Below, piece after piece: positions 11,247 through 22,131 of a DNA stretch of 36,043 nt (its first letter is position 1; each line of letters starts with the position of its first letter). A model generated the notes under the pieces. The model saw only the letters and a list, made by a program, of their open reading frames with translations, was not told where the DNA came from and made no database searches. Both the position numbers and the translations under genes were made by a program. This stretch comes from Mitosporidium daphniae. Lineage: Eukaryota. The DNA is taken from NCBI RefSeq assembly GCF_000760515.2, contig NW_013546345.1, positions 1 through 36,043 on the forward strand, written 5' to 3'.

Positions 11247-11473
11247 GAAACTTGGAGGCCGTTAATAATTTCGGCTTTTATACTTATCCAACTGATACTA
11301 GTGATCATCAGGAGCACCCCAACTAAGAAAAGCAGATATAAAAGGAACAAAAATTTTATTGAATTGGAAATTGTATTAAACTCGGAAGCCCAAAATTTAA
11401 ATTGGCACTCAATTTAGGTCACGTAAGGGGAGCGCAGGGGTAAAGTTTGCCTCAAATAAATTGCAATTTATTG

Positions 11474-13016
11474 ATGGCAAAGAAAGGAGCGGCAGTAGAC
11501 ATTGGAGTGATTGGAATGGCCGTCATGGGCCAAAATCTTGTCCTTAATTTCTTGGACCACAGCTATAACGTGGCAATATTTAATCGTACAAAGTCTAAGG
11601 TCGATCATTTTATGGAGAAATGGTCCACAATGATAGAGAGCGCTCAACCGGGCACTCCAACTCCTTCATCCTCTCTGGAGGAGTTCGTCTCTACAATGGA
11701 AGGGGGGCATAGAAAGATTATATTGATGATTCAGGCGGGAGATGCCATTGATGCTCTATTATCGGAACTAGTGCCACTTCTCTCCCCGGAAGATATTGTT
11801 ATTGATGGAGGCAATTCTCATTACGTCGATACTCAAAGAAGAGCAGCTTCGCTTTCATCGTCCCACAAAATTCGATATGTGGGGTGTGGAATTTCAGGCG
11901 GAGAGCTTGGTGCCAGATATGGTCCGGCATTAATGCCCGGAGGCTCTCTCTGCGCGTGGTAAGTGAGGTCGCCACTTATAAGCTAGGGAAGAAATAAAGG
12001 ACATGCTGCAAAAAATTGCAGCCAAGGGGCCGAAGGGGTACCCATGCTGCGAATGGCTTGGGCCAGATGCCTCTGGTCACTTTGTGAAAATGGTGCACAA
12101 TGGCATCGAATATGCCGATATGCAGATGATTTCGGAAATCTTTCATGTCGCAAAAAACGCCCTAGCGAAAGATACTCCTACAATCGCTTGTTTGTTTCAA
12201 AAGTGGGCTTCTTCTGAATATCTCTCCTCATATTTGATCGAGATCACTGCAAATATTCTTTTCTTTAAGGAAAGCGAGAATGACACTTCTCCCCTTATCT
12301 CTCGCATTCGAGACACTGCTGGTCAGGTAGTTTGGTTTTCTTTTCTTTAGAAAGGAACCGGGAAATGGACCGTCGAGGCGGCCCTTACTTTGGGCGTCCC
12401 AGGAACCCTTTTTTCGGAGGCAGTATTTGCTCGCTCGCTCTCAAGCTCAAAAAAAGAACGTCTTAACGCATCATTGCTCTTTCCAAAAAAAGAGCCGCCA
12501 TTTGACACGCCATTTGGGGACATTTCCCATATTTTGGGGGAAGCTTTGCTTGCCGCAAAGATCATCGCCTATTGCCAAGGATTTTCCTTGCTTATGAAGG
12601 CATCAAAAAACCATGGCTGGTCACTTTCTGGATCAACCATCTCAAAAATATGGCAGGGCGGATGCATTATTCGATCAAAACTGCTTGTTTTTTTTGAGGA
12701 TTTGGATGATCTCCAATTCGAAAATTTGCTGGTATCCAAATGGGCTTCTGAAAGATTGAAGGCTTCGATCGAGTCTCTTCGTACCATAGTCGGTCTTTGC
12801 GTTAGCACAGGTGTCCCCTCGCCTGTGCTGTCTTCGGCGCTCTCGTATTTCGATACAGCTACATGTTCATATCTGCCTGGCGCTGCTCTGATCCAGGCGC
12901 AAAGGGACTACTTTGGCGCGCATCAATACGAACTTGAAGCTACCCCCGGGCTCTTTCACCACACAAACTGGACGGGCTCTGGAGGCTCTGCCCTTTCCTC
13001 AACCTACCAAGTATAA
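11474..13016 (+). CDS. GND1: 6-phosphogluconate dehydrogenase, decarboxylating; exons 11474-11958, 11987-12326, 12351-13016
   Basis: IGVIGMAVMGQNL, DGGNSHY, GHFVKMVHNGIEY, AGQ|KGTGKWT, IWQGGCIIRS, LIQAQRDYFGAH. Introns of 28 and 24 nt. Confidence 0.96.
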
Positions 13017-13162
13017 ATGAGAATTTAGAATAAACACGCACATTATTTTCCGATCTATCGATTGGCAATACAGTGATCGATAGCAACAAACAAACGCTGC
13101 ATAGATGGCAACCGTTAAAGGTATAACACTCGGAAATTGGTGCAAATTTTTAATTTTAATTG

Positions 13163-13444
13163 ATGAAGTATCCGTCCTCGGCGAGAAACCCGGTCGATTG
13201 GGATGCCATTACCACATCCAGCGACGAAGAGAGCAGCGGAGCCAAGCAAGAAAAAGGAGAAGATCAGCTTAAAAATTTGTTCCAAAAGATATATGACCAG
13301 GGCACAGATGACACCAGACGGGCAATGATCAAGTCGTTGCAAGAGTCCGGCGGCACATGCCTATCGACCAACTGGAAGGATGTTGGATCGGCTCCGGTCA
13401 AGCCGTCGCCGCCAGAAGGTTGTGAAGCCAGAAAATTCGACTAG
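13163..13444 (+). CDS. SGT1: SGS-domain-only SGT1-like protein (93 aa)
   Basis: YPSS..DWD, LFQKIY..DDTRRAMIKSLQESGGTCLSTNWKDV, PPEG.E.RK are SGS domain motifs. Confidence 0.85.
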   Translation: MKYPSSARNPVDWDAITTSSDEESSGAKQEKGEDQLKNLFQKIYDQGTDDTRRAMIKSLQESGGTCLSTNWKDVGSAPVKPSPPEGCEARKFD

Positions 13445-13490
13445 ATAGACGCTAAACCGCGATTAAATTTTTAATTTTTAATTTACTGCC

Positions 13491-13940
13491 ATGGACGAGC
13501 CGTTGGTTTCACGGGGCGTTGCCTCCACACTCCGTCTGCTTATGGATCGGGGAGTCCTCCGTAGTGAATACGACCAAAAGCCGCCGTCCAAAAAAATAGA
13601 ATACAAGGACGAGCATGGACGATCGCTGACACCCAAGGAAGCCTTTAAGCTACTCTCGCACAAGTTCCATGGAAAGGCGCCTGGAAAACTAAAGGTGGAA
13701 AAGCTCTTGAAAAAGATTCAGACGGAAAAGGCTGTACTCGCAAAGCAGGTTGCCTCAATACCATCTACAAATGTCGAAATGATGGAAAAGGCAAGAATGA
13801 GCCAGGGGGCCGCCCATATTGTCGTTGCTAATAGCTCGATGATGTCTACCGCCACACGCTCCCACAAGCCTATCAATCGCAATAAAAAGGAAGCCAAGGC
13901 CGCAGTCCCAAAGAAGAAACTTCCTTTTGGCATGGTTTAG
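13491..13940 (+). CDS. SNU66: Truncated SART1/Snu66 (U4/U6.U5 tri-snRNP protein), C-terminal region only
   Basis: EPLVSRGVASTLRLL..RG and IEYKDEHGRSLTPKEAFKLLSHKFHGKAPGKLK match the conserved SART1 C-terminal motif. Confidence 0.85.
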   Translation: MDEPLVSRGVASTLRLLMDRGVLRSEYDQKPPSKKIEYKDEHGRSLTPKEAFKLLSHKFHGKAPGKLKVEKLLKKIQTEKAVLAKQVASIPSTNVEMMEKARMSQGAAHIVVANSSMMSTATRSHKPINRNKKEAKAAVPKKKLPFGMV

Positions 13941-14080
13941 GGTTGGGAATGCGCAAGATTAAATTTGTAAATTTTCGATGAGAAATAATTTGAGGTTAAA
14001 TTCTTTTGTAATTGTCTCAACATACAACAAATGGGCTTCGGTTTGCTAATTGAAATATTTGATCAACAACCGGATTAGCG

Positions 14081-14902
14081 ATGGCATACATGCAAGATCC
14101 ATGCGAAAACCCTTATAAAAAGGCCAAAAAGCCGTTCGACGAGTTTATCGATTGGGGCGGTGCCTCCTCATCTGGGGCAACCACTCCAGGGTCGTCTTCC
14201 TCGGGTACGGGAACACCCAACTCTTTTTCTGGCCAAGATTCCCGTCAAATTTCGCCATTAGCATCCCCTTCAAACATGTACAGTGCCATTCCCGGACCAT
14301 ATTCTGATATATTTCTCTCTAATACCACCAATAATTTTCACGCAAGTAAATCCGTGCTCGAGGGCGATGATTCGTCTTCGCAAGGCGCCACATTGCCTTC
14401 GGATCCCAACTTCAGCTCGCAAATCCCCACCATTGTGCATCACAATACAGATCTAGATGCATCATTTCCATACATAGTGTCTCCTTTGAAAGGGCCATCC
14501 GAACATCATGTGTCAGAGGATGTGGCTCCTCCTCAGCAGGTGACGCTTTTTCCGCTTATTTCCAACGTATACACGCCACTAATTTATTATCCACCCACGG
14601 TAAAGAGAGCGCCAGCTTGTCCTCCTTTGCTACCTGTTTCTCAAAGAAATCCTGGCATCAAACGCGCTCATCCGTGGGATGGGCTGAGGCTGAAGGCGGT
14701 CAAAAATATCGAGCTTCAGGCACTTTCTCTGATTCGGAGCTGGGTCTTCTATAAGCAGGGAAAGAAGAAAGAATTCCCATTGCCAGTGGAGGTAGAAATT
14801 CCCATCGAAAAGGCCGACGGTAATTGCTTTGAAGACACGATTTGCATTGCCGACCCGGATCTCTATGCCCGGCTTGTGGATCTCGAGCAAAAGAACCGAT
14901 GA
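14081..14902 (+). CDS. Hypothetical protein, Ser/Pro-rich, 273 aa
   Basis: ATG-initiated long ORF filling the gap, with AATAAA directly after the stop. No family recognised. Confidence 0.65.
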   Translation: MAYMQDPCENPYKKAKKPFDEFIDWGGASSSGATTPGSSSSGTGTPNSFSGQDSRQISPLASPSNMYSAIPGPYSDIFLSNTTNNFHASKSVLEGDDSSSQGATLPSDPNFSSQIPTIVHHNTDLDASFPYIVSPLKGPSEHHVSEDVAPPQQVTLFPLISNVYTPLIYYPPTVKRAPACPPLLPVSQRNPGIKRAHPWDGLRLKAVKNIELQALSLIRSWVFYKQGKKKEFPLPVEVEIPIEKADGNCFEDTICIADPDLYARLVDLEQKNR

Positions 14903-15015
14903 ATAAACAATACACCGATTTTAAGCACACGGTCCCAAGTGGCAACGTTGGAGATTTATGCGTGTATTAGGAAACTGTACAAAGTTGACACAGATGCAAA
15001 ACCTTAATGACAGCT

Positions 15016-17785
15016 CTACGATTTGCCTCCCTCTAATGAGGTTTCACTTGCGTTCCCATTTCGTCGGGTCCGATCGAAACGGTATGAAGGTCGGTAGTAA
15101 CTCCCAGATTCATAATGATGGCCATGTGGTTCTGGATGGCGATCGTGCTCGCGATGGCTAAAATCCCGAAATCCGCCTCTACGGTGTCGCTGATAATAGT
15201 GGTCGGGTGGTGGCGGTCTTTCTCTTTGATCCCAATCATCCGGAGCAGTCATGCGATACGGACGGTACTGGCGGAAATCCTCAGAGCGATCATCTTTAAA
15301 ACGATGATGATGATGATGCTCATGATGATGATGATGATGATTGTTGTTCTGATGGTAGGAGGAAAGGGGAGTTGGGCGGCGGTTCAGGTTATACTCAAAG
15401 GGAGAATAGCTCACCGCCGAAGATGATCGATGGCCAGAGTATGTTCGTGGTGAGGTGGATGTTTCGATTCCATCCATAGGGCGATGTGTTACGTTTGGTA
15501 GATCCTCTGTTTTCTCTCGATTGAGAATGGCAGAATTATGCTTTGTAGATACAGAATCACACGGCTGCGGTGACGACATTTTCTCGTCTGGTTTGACAGG
15601 TGGTCCAGAAGAGTATTGACGTGTAAAGGTAGCGGAGATAGAGACAGAGGAGGATGCAGGTGCAGCTGCAGCTGCAGCTGCTGACTCGACTGCCCCAGCA
15701 GCAGCGACAGCTGCATTCGTAGCATCGCGACGACGCTTTGCCAGCTCATGATAGGAGCATCCAGAAAAATGAGGCAATTCAGCGGTAGTCGCCGTCAGAG
15801 GCAGGGCTGTAGTAAATGCCGGATGCTCCAAGGCTTCCTTTGCCGATATTCTTGCATCCGGATCGATACTGAGCAGACGATGTACAAGATCAAGCATCTG
15901 GGCATCGCCAATCCGACTCTCATCAAGTGGATGCAACGGCTTTGCTTGATGCTCAGAAAACAAATTAGGAACTTTGGAGGAGTCAGGAAGATTGGCTAAA
16001 CTGCGCATTCCAGGCCGAGGCCAGCCAATGGTGTCAAAAATCAAAGTCAACTGATGCAGTTCAGACGTGCCCTGAAAGAGAGGCTGCCGTAAAAAAAGCT
16101 CTGCAACGATGCAACCAACACCCCACATATCAACTGCCGTTGTGTAATGTTGAGCGCCAAGCAACAGCTCTGGCGGCCGATACCATCTTGTGACAACGCC
16201 TGGCGTCATCGATGCAGCACGATGGGGGTCGAACGTCCTGGAAAGGCCAAAGTCGGCAATCTTTACCTCCCCTCGATTCCCGACAAGGATATTTGCGCCT
16301 AGGGTTAGGGAATCAAATTAAAAGAAAACACGCATTGCAGAACACAGGTCGGAGACGAAACAAAAAGAGGTCAAAATACGATATCCAGACTTACTTTTGA
16401 TGTCGCGATGCAGCAAGTTTTTTGAATGTACATAGGCAACACCTTGAAGCAGTTGTTTCGCATAGTACTTGATTTGGGGCACATTGAACCGTATGTTTGG
16501 TGCATCTAGAAGGCCAACCAGGTCATGCTCCACAAACGGGAAAACAATGAAAAAAGTCGGCGGGCCTTGTGAACTTGCCGTAGAGAGCGCAAGTTCCTGA
16601 ATGGAAATGACATTTTGATGGTTCATACGCTTAAGGATCCTTATTTCCCTCAAAGATGTAATTGGAAACTAAACATAAGCTCGTTGCTAGATACCCCTTC
16701 GCCATTAGGCATTGGAAGGATGCGCTTCAGTGCCACTAGGCGCCCAGTGGCTCGATGACGTGCGCGGTGCACCTCGCCAAATGTTCCTTCACCAACCTAC
16801 CGGAAATAAAAACGAAATCAAAAGACTATGGTGCGGAGGCAAAAGAAAGATGGATTACCTTGTCCAAAAAGACATAATCATCTACCGGTGAAATGCCTTC
16901 AAACTTGTGGTTGACACCGTAATAACTTTGTAGCACCATGGGCCCAAATGTTCCATATGGAATGGCTTCCTTAGCAGGAACCCCGGCCTTTGCAGATGGC
17001 TGCCTTAAAGGCTGTGCTGCTTCTGTTCGTTTTGTCGCCTTAGATAATGGAGCAGACATCATTGGCGAAGAGGTCGTGGTTTCAAATGGGTCAAAGTACG
17101 AAGTAGCCACTTGCATTGAGGAAGTAGATGCGGAATGAACAGGTGTCTTTGCCTTTGGCTGCTTCGCATCTTGAAAAGTTTCTTTCTTGCTAAAAATGGG
17201 CTCTTGGCCTTTTATATCCCCTGCTCCAGTAAAGCTTCGCTTTGTTAAAGACTCTCCCTTTGATGCAGAAATTGGAGCAGGCCCATTCTTTGGGCAACAC
17301 AATGAAAAGGGCTGTTCTTCAACTGCAGGTAGCATTTTCTTCATCTCATTTTTAATAGGTGGGATTGTTGTTATGGAGGATTCTCTGTTTATATCATATG
17401 ATGTCCTTTTGGACTCAAGATTCTCAGCATCAACCCCAACAATGTCTATCGGTGAGGAGGGCCTCTTTTTTTTTATCTGCGGATAATCTGGCGAAAATGC
17501 CATTTTGAGATCCTTTTTAGAGAACAAATTTTCCGCCGGTTCAATGGAATGCACCAGCTTGCTAAAGACGGTGGAAATGCTAGAGTCCTTTGGTTCGTGT
17601 ATCTTTCTCGTTTTGCGCAAAAGCAAATCCCTGAGTTCCTGCAAAAGATGCTTAGAAACAGATAACGAGACAAAATCGGAAAACTTTCTTGTGCGCCGCT
17701 CATCTCTGATAGATGATGGAGCCGAATTCTTTTCCTCCCCGTCGGTTGAGGAAAAAGAGGGGCACGACGACGAGAGTGCCGCCAT
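15016..17785 (-). CDS. BUR1: Transcriptional cyclin-dependent kinase, Bur1/Cdk9-like; exons 17785-16859, 16796-16695, 16668-16395, 16298-15016
   Basis: FEGISPVDDYVFLDK|VGEGTFGEV, VALKRI, G|FPITSLREIRIL, HRDIK|SANIL, DFGLSR, VVTRWYRPPELLLG, AVDMWGVGC. Introns of 62, 26 and 96 nt. The PITSLRE helix also resembles CDK10/11, so the orthology is tentative. Confidence 0.82.
15303..15340 (-). repeat. (CAT)n trinucleotide repeat encoding a poly-His tract in the kinase C-tail
   Basis: gatgatgatgatgatgctcatgatgatgatgatgatga on + encodes HHHHHHEHHHHH on minus. Confidence 0.85.
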
Positions 17786-17847
17786 TCCAACTAAAAATTA
17801 ATTCAATTTGTAAATTGCAATTTTATTTTCAATGATTGCAGATCAAC

Positions 17848-18105
17848 CTAAACGGCAAAAGGTCCCCCCCTCCTTCCATTGTCATCTCCACGCTCACCAG
17901 GCCCAAAGCGCGAAAGTCGCTGGCAGAATCGTCTGGGACAGCTAAAACAAGACCTTGGTATATATCTGCACACATAGCCAAAGGGGCAGTTGCACGGTGG
18001 TATGAAGAGTGGACATTGAACACATCGTGTTGGCCCAAATTGGTCAGTCCCGCAATATGAAAAGGCAAGTGCTAAAAGAGCAATAAAATAAAGGAGAGCT
18101 TTCAT
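17848..18105 (-). CDS. Small secreted 8-Cys protein (CRP-B), 85 aa
   Basis: Signal peptide MKALLYFIALLALAFSYC. CVQCPLFIPPCNCPFGYVCRYIPRSCFSCPRRFC is clearly paralogous to CRP-A. Confidence 0.85.
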   Translation of the reverse strand: MKALLYFIALLALAFSYCGTDQFGPTRCVQCPLFIPPCNCPFGYVCRYIPRSCFSCPRRFCQRLSRFGPGERGDDNGRRGGPFAV

Positions 18106-18308
18106 TTTATATGTGCCCAGAATGTATGTTTCCCGTTATATAGAAATCGATCAAATATATTAGGGTTTTCCATTTGTAATTTTTGCTGATCATCAATAGA
18201 CCGGATAATTGCGAAAGAATCACCAAATCTTGTTTTGAAGCATCCACATGTGATATCAGTGGCTTTATTAAGGGCGTTTACACCAAACGAGACAATGCGG
18301 ACTTTTAG

Positions 18309-19138
18309 ATGCTGCTGATGTTCCTTGTGTACATTGTTGCATTTCTTTTACCCAAAAAAGCATACAACCTTTCTGCAAGAATCCCATTTGACGATGAAGC
18401 TCCGATATTGCAGTTTGGCCCTAGTCAACCTTGGAAATGGAATGAAAGATCTCTTATTTTGCAGGGAGATACTATGCCTCCTACGCCACGACAGATTCCG
18501 ATTCAAAGAAATGATATTCCAGATTCGATTCCTGCAAAAGGCACGCTATGGACGGGTGAAAATGGCGTGTGGATAATAAGGGGCTCTGAGCAGAACACTC
18601 CGGATCAAAGTAAAGGAACAAGTCTCTCTTTAAGACAACCACAGAGTGAGCAAAAAAGAAATTCCGATCCGCTCTACTTGAGCCAAATTACGCTAACGTT
18701 TCAGCTTCTGGCGCGTGTTAACGGGGAAAGAACATCTAGAGGATTGAAGCCGCTCTGTGCAAATAAGTACACATTCGCATTGATGACATAACTAGGAAAC
18801 TCGTGTCATCATCCACGCAGCATTCCGTGTTGATGGCCAAAATGGGTGAAATGAGCCACCAGCTTCCGGGAGGACCTTCGTTAGGAGAAAGGGTCACCGA
18901 GGCAGGATTTGAATGGAGATCAATTGCAGAAAATATTGCAGCAAAAGTATCCGATGTAGATGATGTGATGCAGGCATGGATGAACTCGCCAGGTATATCA
19001 AGTCTACATTTGATTTTAGGGCATCGACAAAACATCCTTGGGTCTTTTGAATATTTCGGTGCAGCACAGGTAAGCCAGTTTTGGACACAGGACTTTGCAA
19101 CAAGCTCAAATCAAGGCACCACAAACGAGTGCATGTAA
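18309..19138 (+). CDS. Secreted CAP/SCP-domain protein (YkwD-like subtype); exons 18309-18766, 18796-18992, 19020-19138
   Basis: Hydrophobic N-terminus. LLARVNGERTSRGLKPL, HS..MA....MSH, AENIA, WMNSP|GHRQNIL, FWTQDF. Introns of 29 and 27 nt. Confidence 0.85.
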
Positions 19139-19329
19139 ACTTTAACGTGTGATCGTGCAAGAAACGAGCCGATAACATAACATATGCGGTAAATAGGCGA
19201 ATCTATTGCGGCTATTAAAGAATTAAAGTTAATTATTTGAAGTAAAATTTAATCGATTTTTACAATTCGAAACAAAGTTTCGGAATTGTCACTGCAAATA
19301 TATTCGTGATCCGGCCATTCATTGGGAAG

Positions 19330-20522
19330 ATGCCAGCGTTATCAGCAGAACAAGTTGAACGTTTGAGGGTAGTCGATTTACGAGAAGAACTCTCCAGCAG
19401 GGGCCTCCAAACTTCTGGTTTAAAAAAAGATCTTGTAGCAAGGCTTTTGGAAGCCTTGCAGGGCGAAGGATCTAGTCAAGATGGTGCATTGAGCCCAACC
19501 AGCAAAGGGGAAGATCTATCAGCACAAAGTTCTCCACAACAACAACCCTCTGGACAAATATCAGAGCAACCGGAAAGCCTTATTATTCGCAAACCCAAAA
19601 AAAAGGCACACGCAAGTGGTGATGGTGAGCATGATTTTTTGCAAGAAAAGCTGAAAATGGACCATACTCCTTCATCAGAAAAAATACTTGCGCCAGTTAT
19701 AGATACCATTGCACAGGATTCAAACATGGATATGGTAGATGTTGCACCCAGTGCAAACATACATGCGGTAGATGTTGCACCCAGTGCAAACATACATACG
19801 GTGTTTGAAGAAAGCACGCAAGAGCCTTTATCCACTGGCCCAACAGAGCCAGTTTCCATCGATACCCAGCCAATGCGCGTAGAGTGCGATCAGATGGCTC
19901 AGGCAGAAGATCTGGTCAAAGAATCTCAGCTCGAAGCTCCAACTCAAAGCTCCGACAAGGAAAATCAACAAATGGTGCACCACATTAAATCTGATGTGGC
20001 CGAGTCGAGAAACCCTCTTGCAATATTGTTTGAGGTCAACACAAAACTGGGTTCAGGTTTGAGAATATATCGCCCTAATGGTAGATTACCAATATATTTC
20101 AGAAAAGTCTCTTTCCATCACCAGGCTTCTTCCGCCATTTAGCGCGGCAGGGCTACAGCATCTGTTGGAAAGGTATGGAGAAGTTATGGACTTCTACCTC
20201 AATTTTGCAAAGTCTCAATGCTTTGTCAAGGTTTTTTCTGCCGTAATATTTTTAGTATTCCACTGAACAATCAGCAACGTATGCACTATCGATGCTGCAA
20301 AACCAAAGATGGCCCGAAAAACATGGCGAACTCCTATTTGTGACCTCGGTGCCCTTGGAGCAGATCCTTCAAACCATCGAACAGGAGTCAAAAATCACGG
20401 GTGCCTCCATGCAAAAGGGCTTCAATCGTGGCCAAAAGCGCACATTTGAGGAGATAGACCACGCGGAGGGCTATGCTGAGCGCGGTGAAAGAAAATATCA
20501 CCCTCAGACTATGCTGTTGTAA
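19330..20522 (+). CDS. Acinus-like SAP-domain + RRM protein; exons 19330-20056, 20085-20230, 20256-20522
   Basis: SAP domain LRVVDLREELSSRGLQTSGLKKDLVARL. Acinus-type RRM LSITRLLPPFS..L..LL..YG....FYLNFAKSQCFVK|Y...WP. Introns of 28 and 25 nt. Confidence 0.8.
19734..19797. repeat. 33-bp-period coding tandem duplication (VDVAPSANIH x2)
   Basis: ggtagatgttgcacccagtgcaaacatacat occurs twice, identical. Confidence 0.9.
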
Positions 20523-20556
20523 ATTTTTTAAAATTAAATTCATTTTTGAAAAATTA

Positions 20557-22131
20557 ATGCCTTCCAAAAGGCAGCAAGGATCCGAAGATGAGGGGTCTTC
20601 CTTCGAAGACATATTCGATGACATTGAGGATGAAGACACCATATTTGATCCTTCTTTGCTTGATGGTTGCGATACCGAAGAGGACAGCGACCAACAAGAC
20701 GTTAATATGATGCATTCGAAGAAAGCGATTCCTTTATCTTCGATCGGAAAATTTTCCGATCTGAAGATTGAGGAGCAAGAACAGGACGAGCAGGAAGACA
20801 CTACTCCTAGGCGGACATATTTGCCATCAATGCATGTTGACAAGGACAACCAATTGGATGTAAATCCATCCGTATACAATTTGTTCCGGGAACTTACTAT
20901 CGAATGGCCCTGTCTTTCTTTCGACTTTTTGTCAACGGATGTAAATGAAAATGGCAATCTCTCTGTTTCAATAGTCGCTGGCAGTCAAGCCGCTTCGTCT
21001 TCAAAGAACAGACTGTATTACATCAAGGCTTCTAATCTCAAAGTGCTAAAGAAAAAGCATTCCATTGACTCTGGATATCTCTCTTCGTCATCAGATAACT
21101 CGTCCAGCGATGAGGACGAACACCAAGTAAATGTGAAATGCAAAGCGTCATCACCGGCTCTTTCCTCTATCTCTGTTCCGCACCAAGGCTGTGTGAATCG
21201 GGTTCGAGTCTCACGAGCAACAGGCATACCAGCATATGTCGCCTCTTGGTCGGATTTGGGGAAAATTTATATATGGAACTCTGAGGATCATCTTAGGCAG
21301 CTTGATGATCCTGTTAATTCTTTGAAATATTCATTTATTGGAGAAGATCTCAAGAAAAGGCATAAAGCGGTCAAAAACAACAGTACAGCCTCATTGGCCG
21401 TTATGACCGACCATGGCACTGATGAGGGATATGCCCTTGCGTGGTCAATAAAAGGGACACCCGGTCGAATCCTTTCCGGAGACTGCAGTGGCAAAATCGT
21501 CATGTCGCAATTGGGGGAAGCAACTTTTACGCCACTTGGAAAGCTCCTGAACCCCTCCTGTTCTGTCGAAGATTTATCTTGGAGTACGATTGAGGCTGAA
21601 ATTTTTGCCTCCGCCGATACTTCTGGGATGGTGAAGATTTGGGATACCAGACAGGCATTGAGCCCTGTTGCCACAATACATGCCAGCGCATGTGATGTTA
21701 ATGTTATAAGCTGGAATCCGTCATCAACCTTCCTTCTTGCCAGTGGCGCCGATGATGGTGAGTGGGCAACTTGGGATCTTCGGAAAGTATTTACTGCATC
21801 GCCAAGCAAATCGGACCCGCTCGTTTCGTTCAGGTGGCATCAAGCGCCAATCTCATCGATAGAATGGCATCCATGCGAACCATCTGTCATCACGGTCTCT
21901 GGATCCGACGATCAGTTGACAATCTGGGATTTGGCTGTGGAGTGTGAATCGTCGATGGATAGCCAACCTGAGGATGGTGTGCCTGCTCAGCTGATGTTTA
22001 TCCACCAAGGACAACGGGATATGAAGGAGGCCCATTGGGCCCCAGCGCAGACAAGGCATGCGGCTGCAAATGGCGTCATAGTGTCCACCTCTGCAACGGG
22101 ATTTCATATTTTTAAGCCGTTTAATATTTAA
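20557..22131 (+). CDS. RRB1: WD40 ribosome assembly protein Rrb1/GRWD1
   Basis: Acidic N-terminus, EWPCLSFD, HQGCVNRVR, EGYALAWS, SVEDLSWS, DVNVISWN, DDQLTIWDLAVE, PAQLMFIHQGQ, FKPFNI. ATG at 20557 follows an AT-rich tract. Confidence 0.93.
   Translation: MPSKRQQGSEDEGSSFEDIFDDIEDEDTIFDPSLLDGCDTEEDSDQQDVNMMHSKKAIPLSSIGKFSDLKIEEQEQDEQEDTTPRRTYLPSMHVDKDNQLDVNPSVYNLFRELTIEWPCLSFDFLSTDVNENGNLSVSIVAGSQAASSSKNRLYYIKASNLKVLKKKHSIDSGYLSSSSDNSSSDEDEHQVNVKCKASSPALSSISVPHQGCVNRVRVSRATGIPAYVASWSDLGKIYIWNSEDHLRQLDDPVNSLKYSFIGEDLKKRHKAVKNNSTASLAVMTDHGTDEGYALAWSIKGTPGRILSGDCSGKIVMSQLGEATFTPLGKLLNPSCSVEDLSWSTIEAEIFASADTSGMVKIWDTRQALSPVATIHASACDVNVISWNPSSTFLLASGADDGEWATWDLRKVFTASPSKSDPLVSFRWHQAPISSIEWHPCEPSVITVSGSDDQLTIWDLAVECESSMDSQPEDGVPAQLMFIHQGQRDMKEAHWAPAQTRHAAANGVIVSTSATGFHIFKPFNI

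Noticed and set aside
10926..11417. 163-aa plus-strand ORF over CRP-A
   Set aside because: Antisense shadow with a non-ATG start. The minus strand has the signal peptide, intron and paralog support.
13055..13083. 8-bp inverted repeat (ctatcgat/atcgatag) after GND1
   Set aside because: Short, built on a palindromic core and plausible by chance; no other support.
16299..16310. CTAGGGTTAGGG as a telomeric repeat or promoter telobox
   Set aside because: On the minus strand it is the CTAAC branch point and 3' AG of a kinase intron.
18646..18704. Possible extra intron in the CAP gene (GTGAG...GCTAAC...CAG)
   Set aside because: Removing 59 nt would break the frame, which is already open through this region.
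19734..19797. CRISPR-like repeat
   Set aside because: Two adjacent in-frame coding copies without spacers, in a eukaryotic gene.
20473..20556. Upstream ATG extension of RRB1 from the ORF track
   Set aside because: It overlaps the Acinus-like gene end and the AT-rich promoter tract. ATG 20557 is more plausible.
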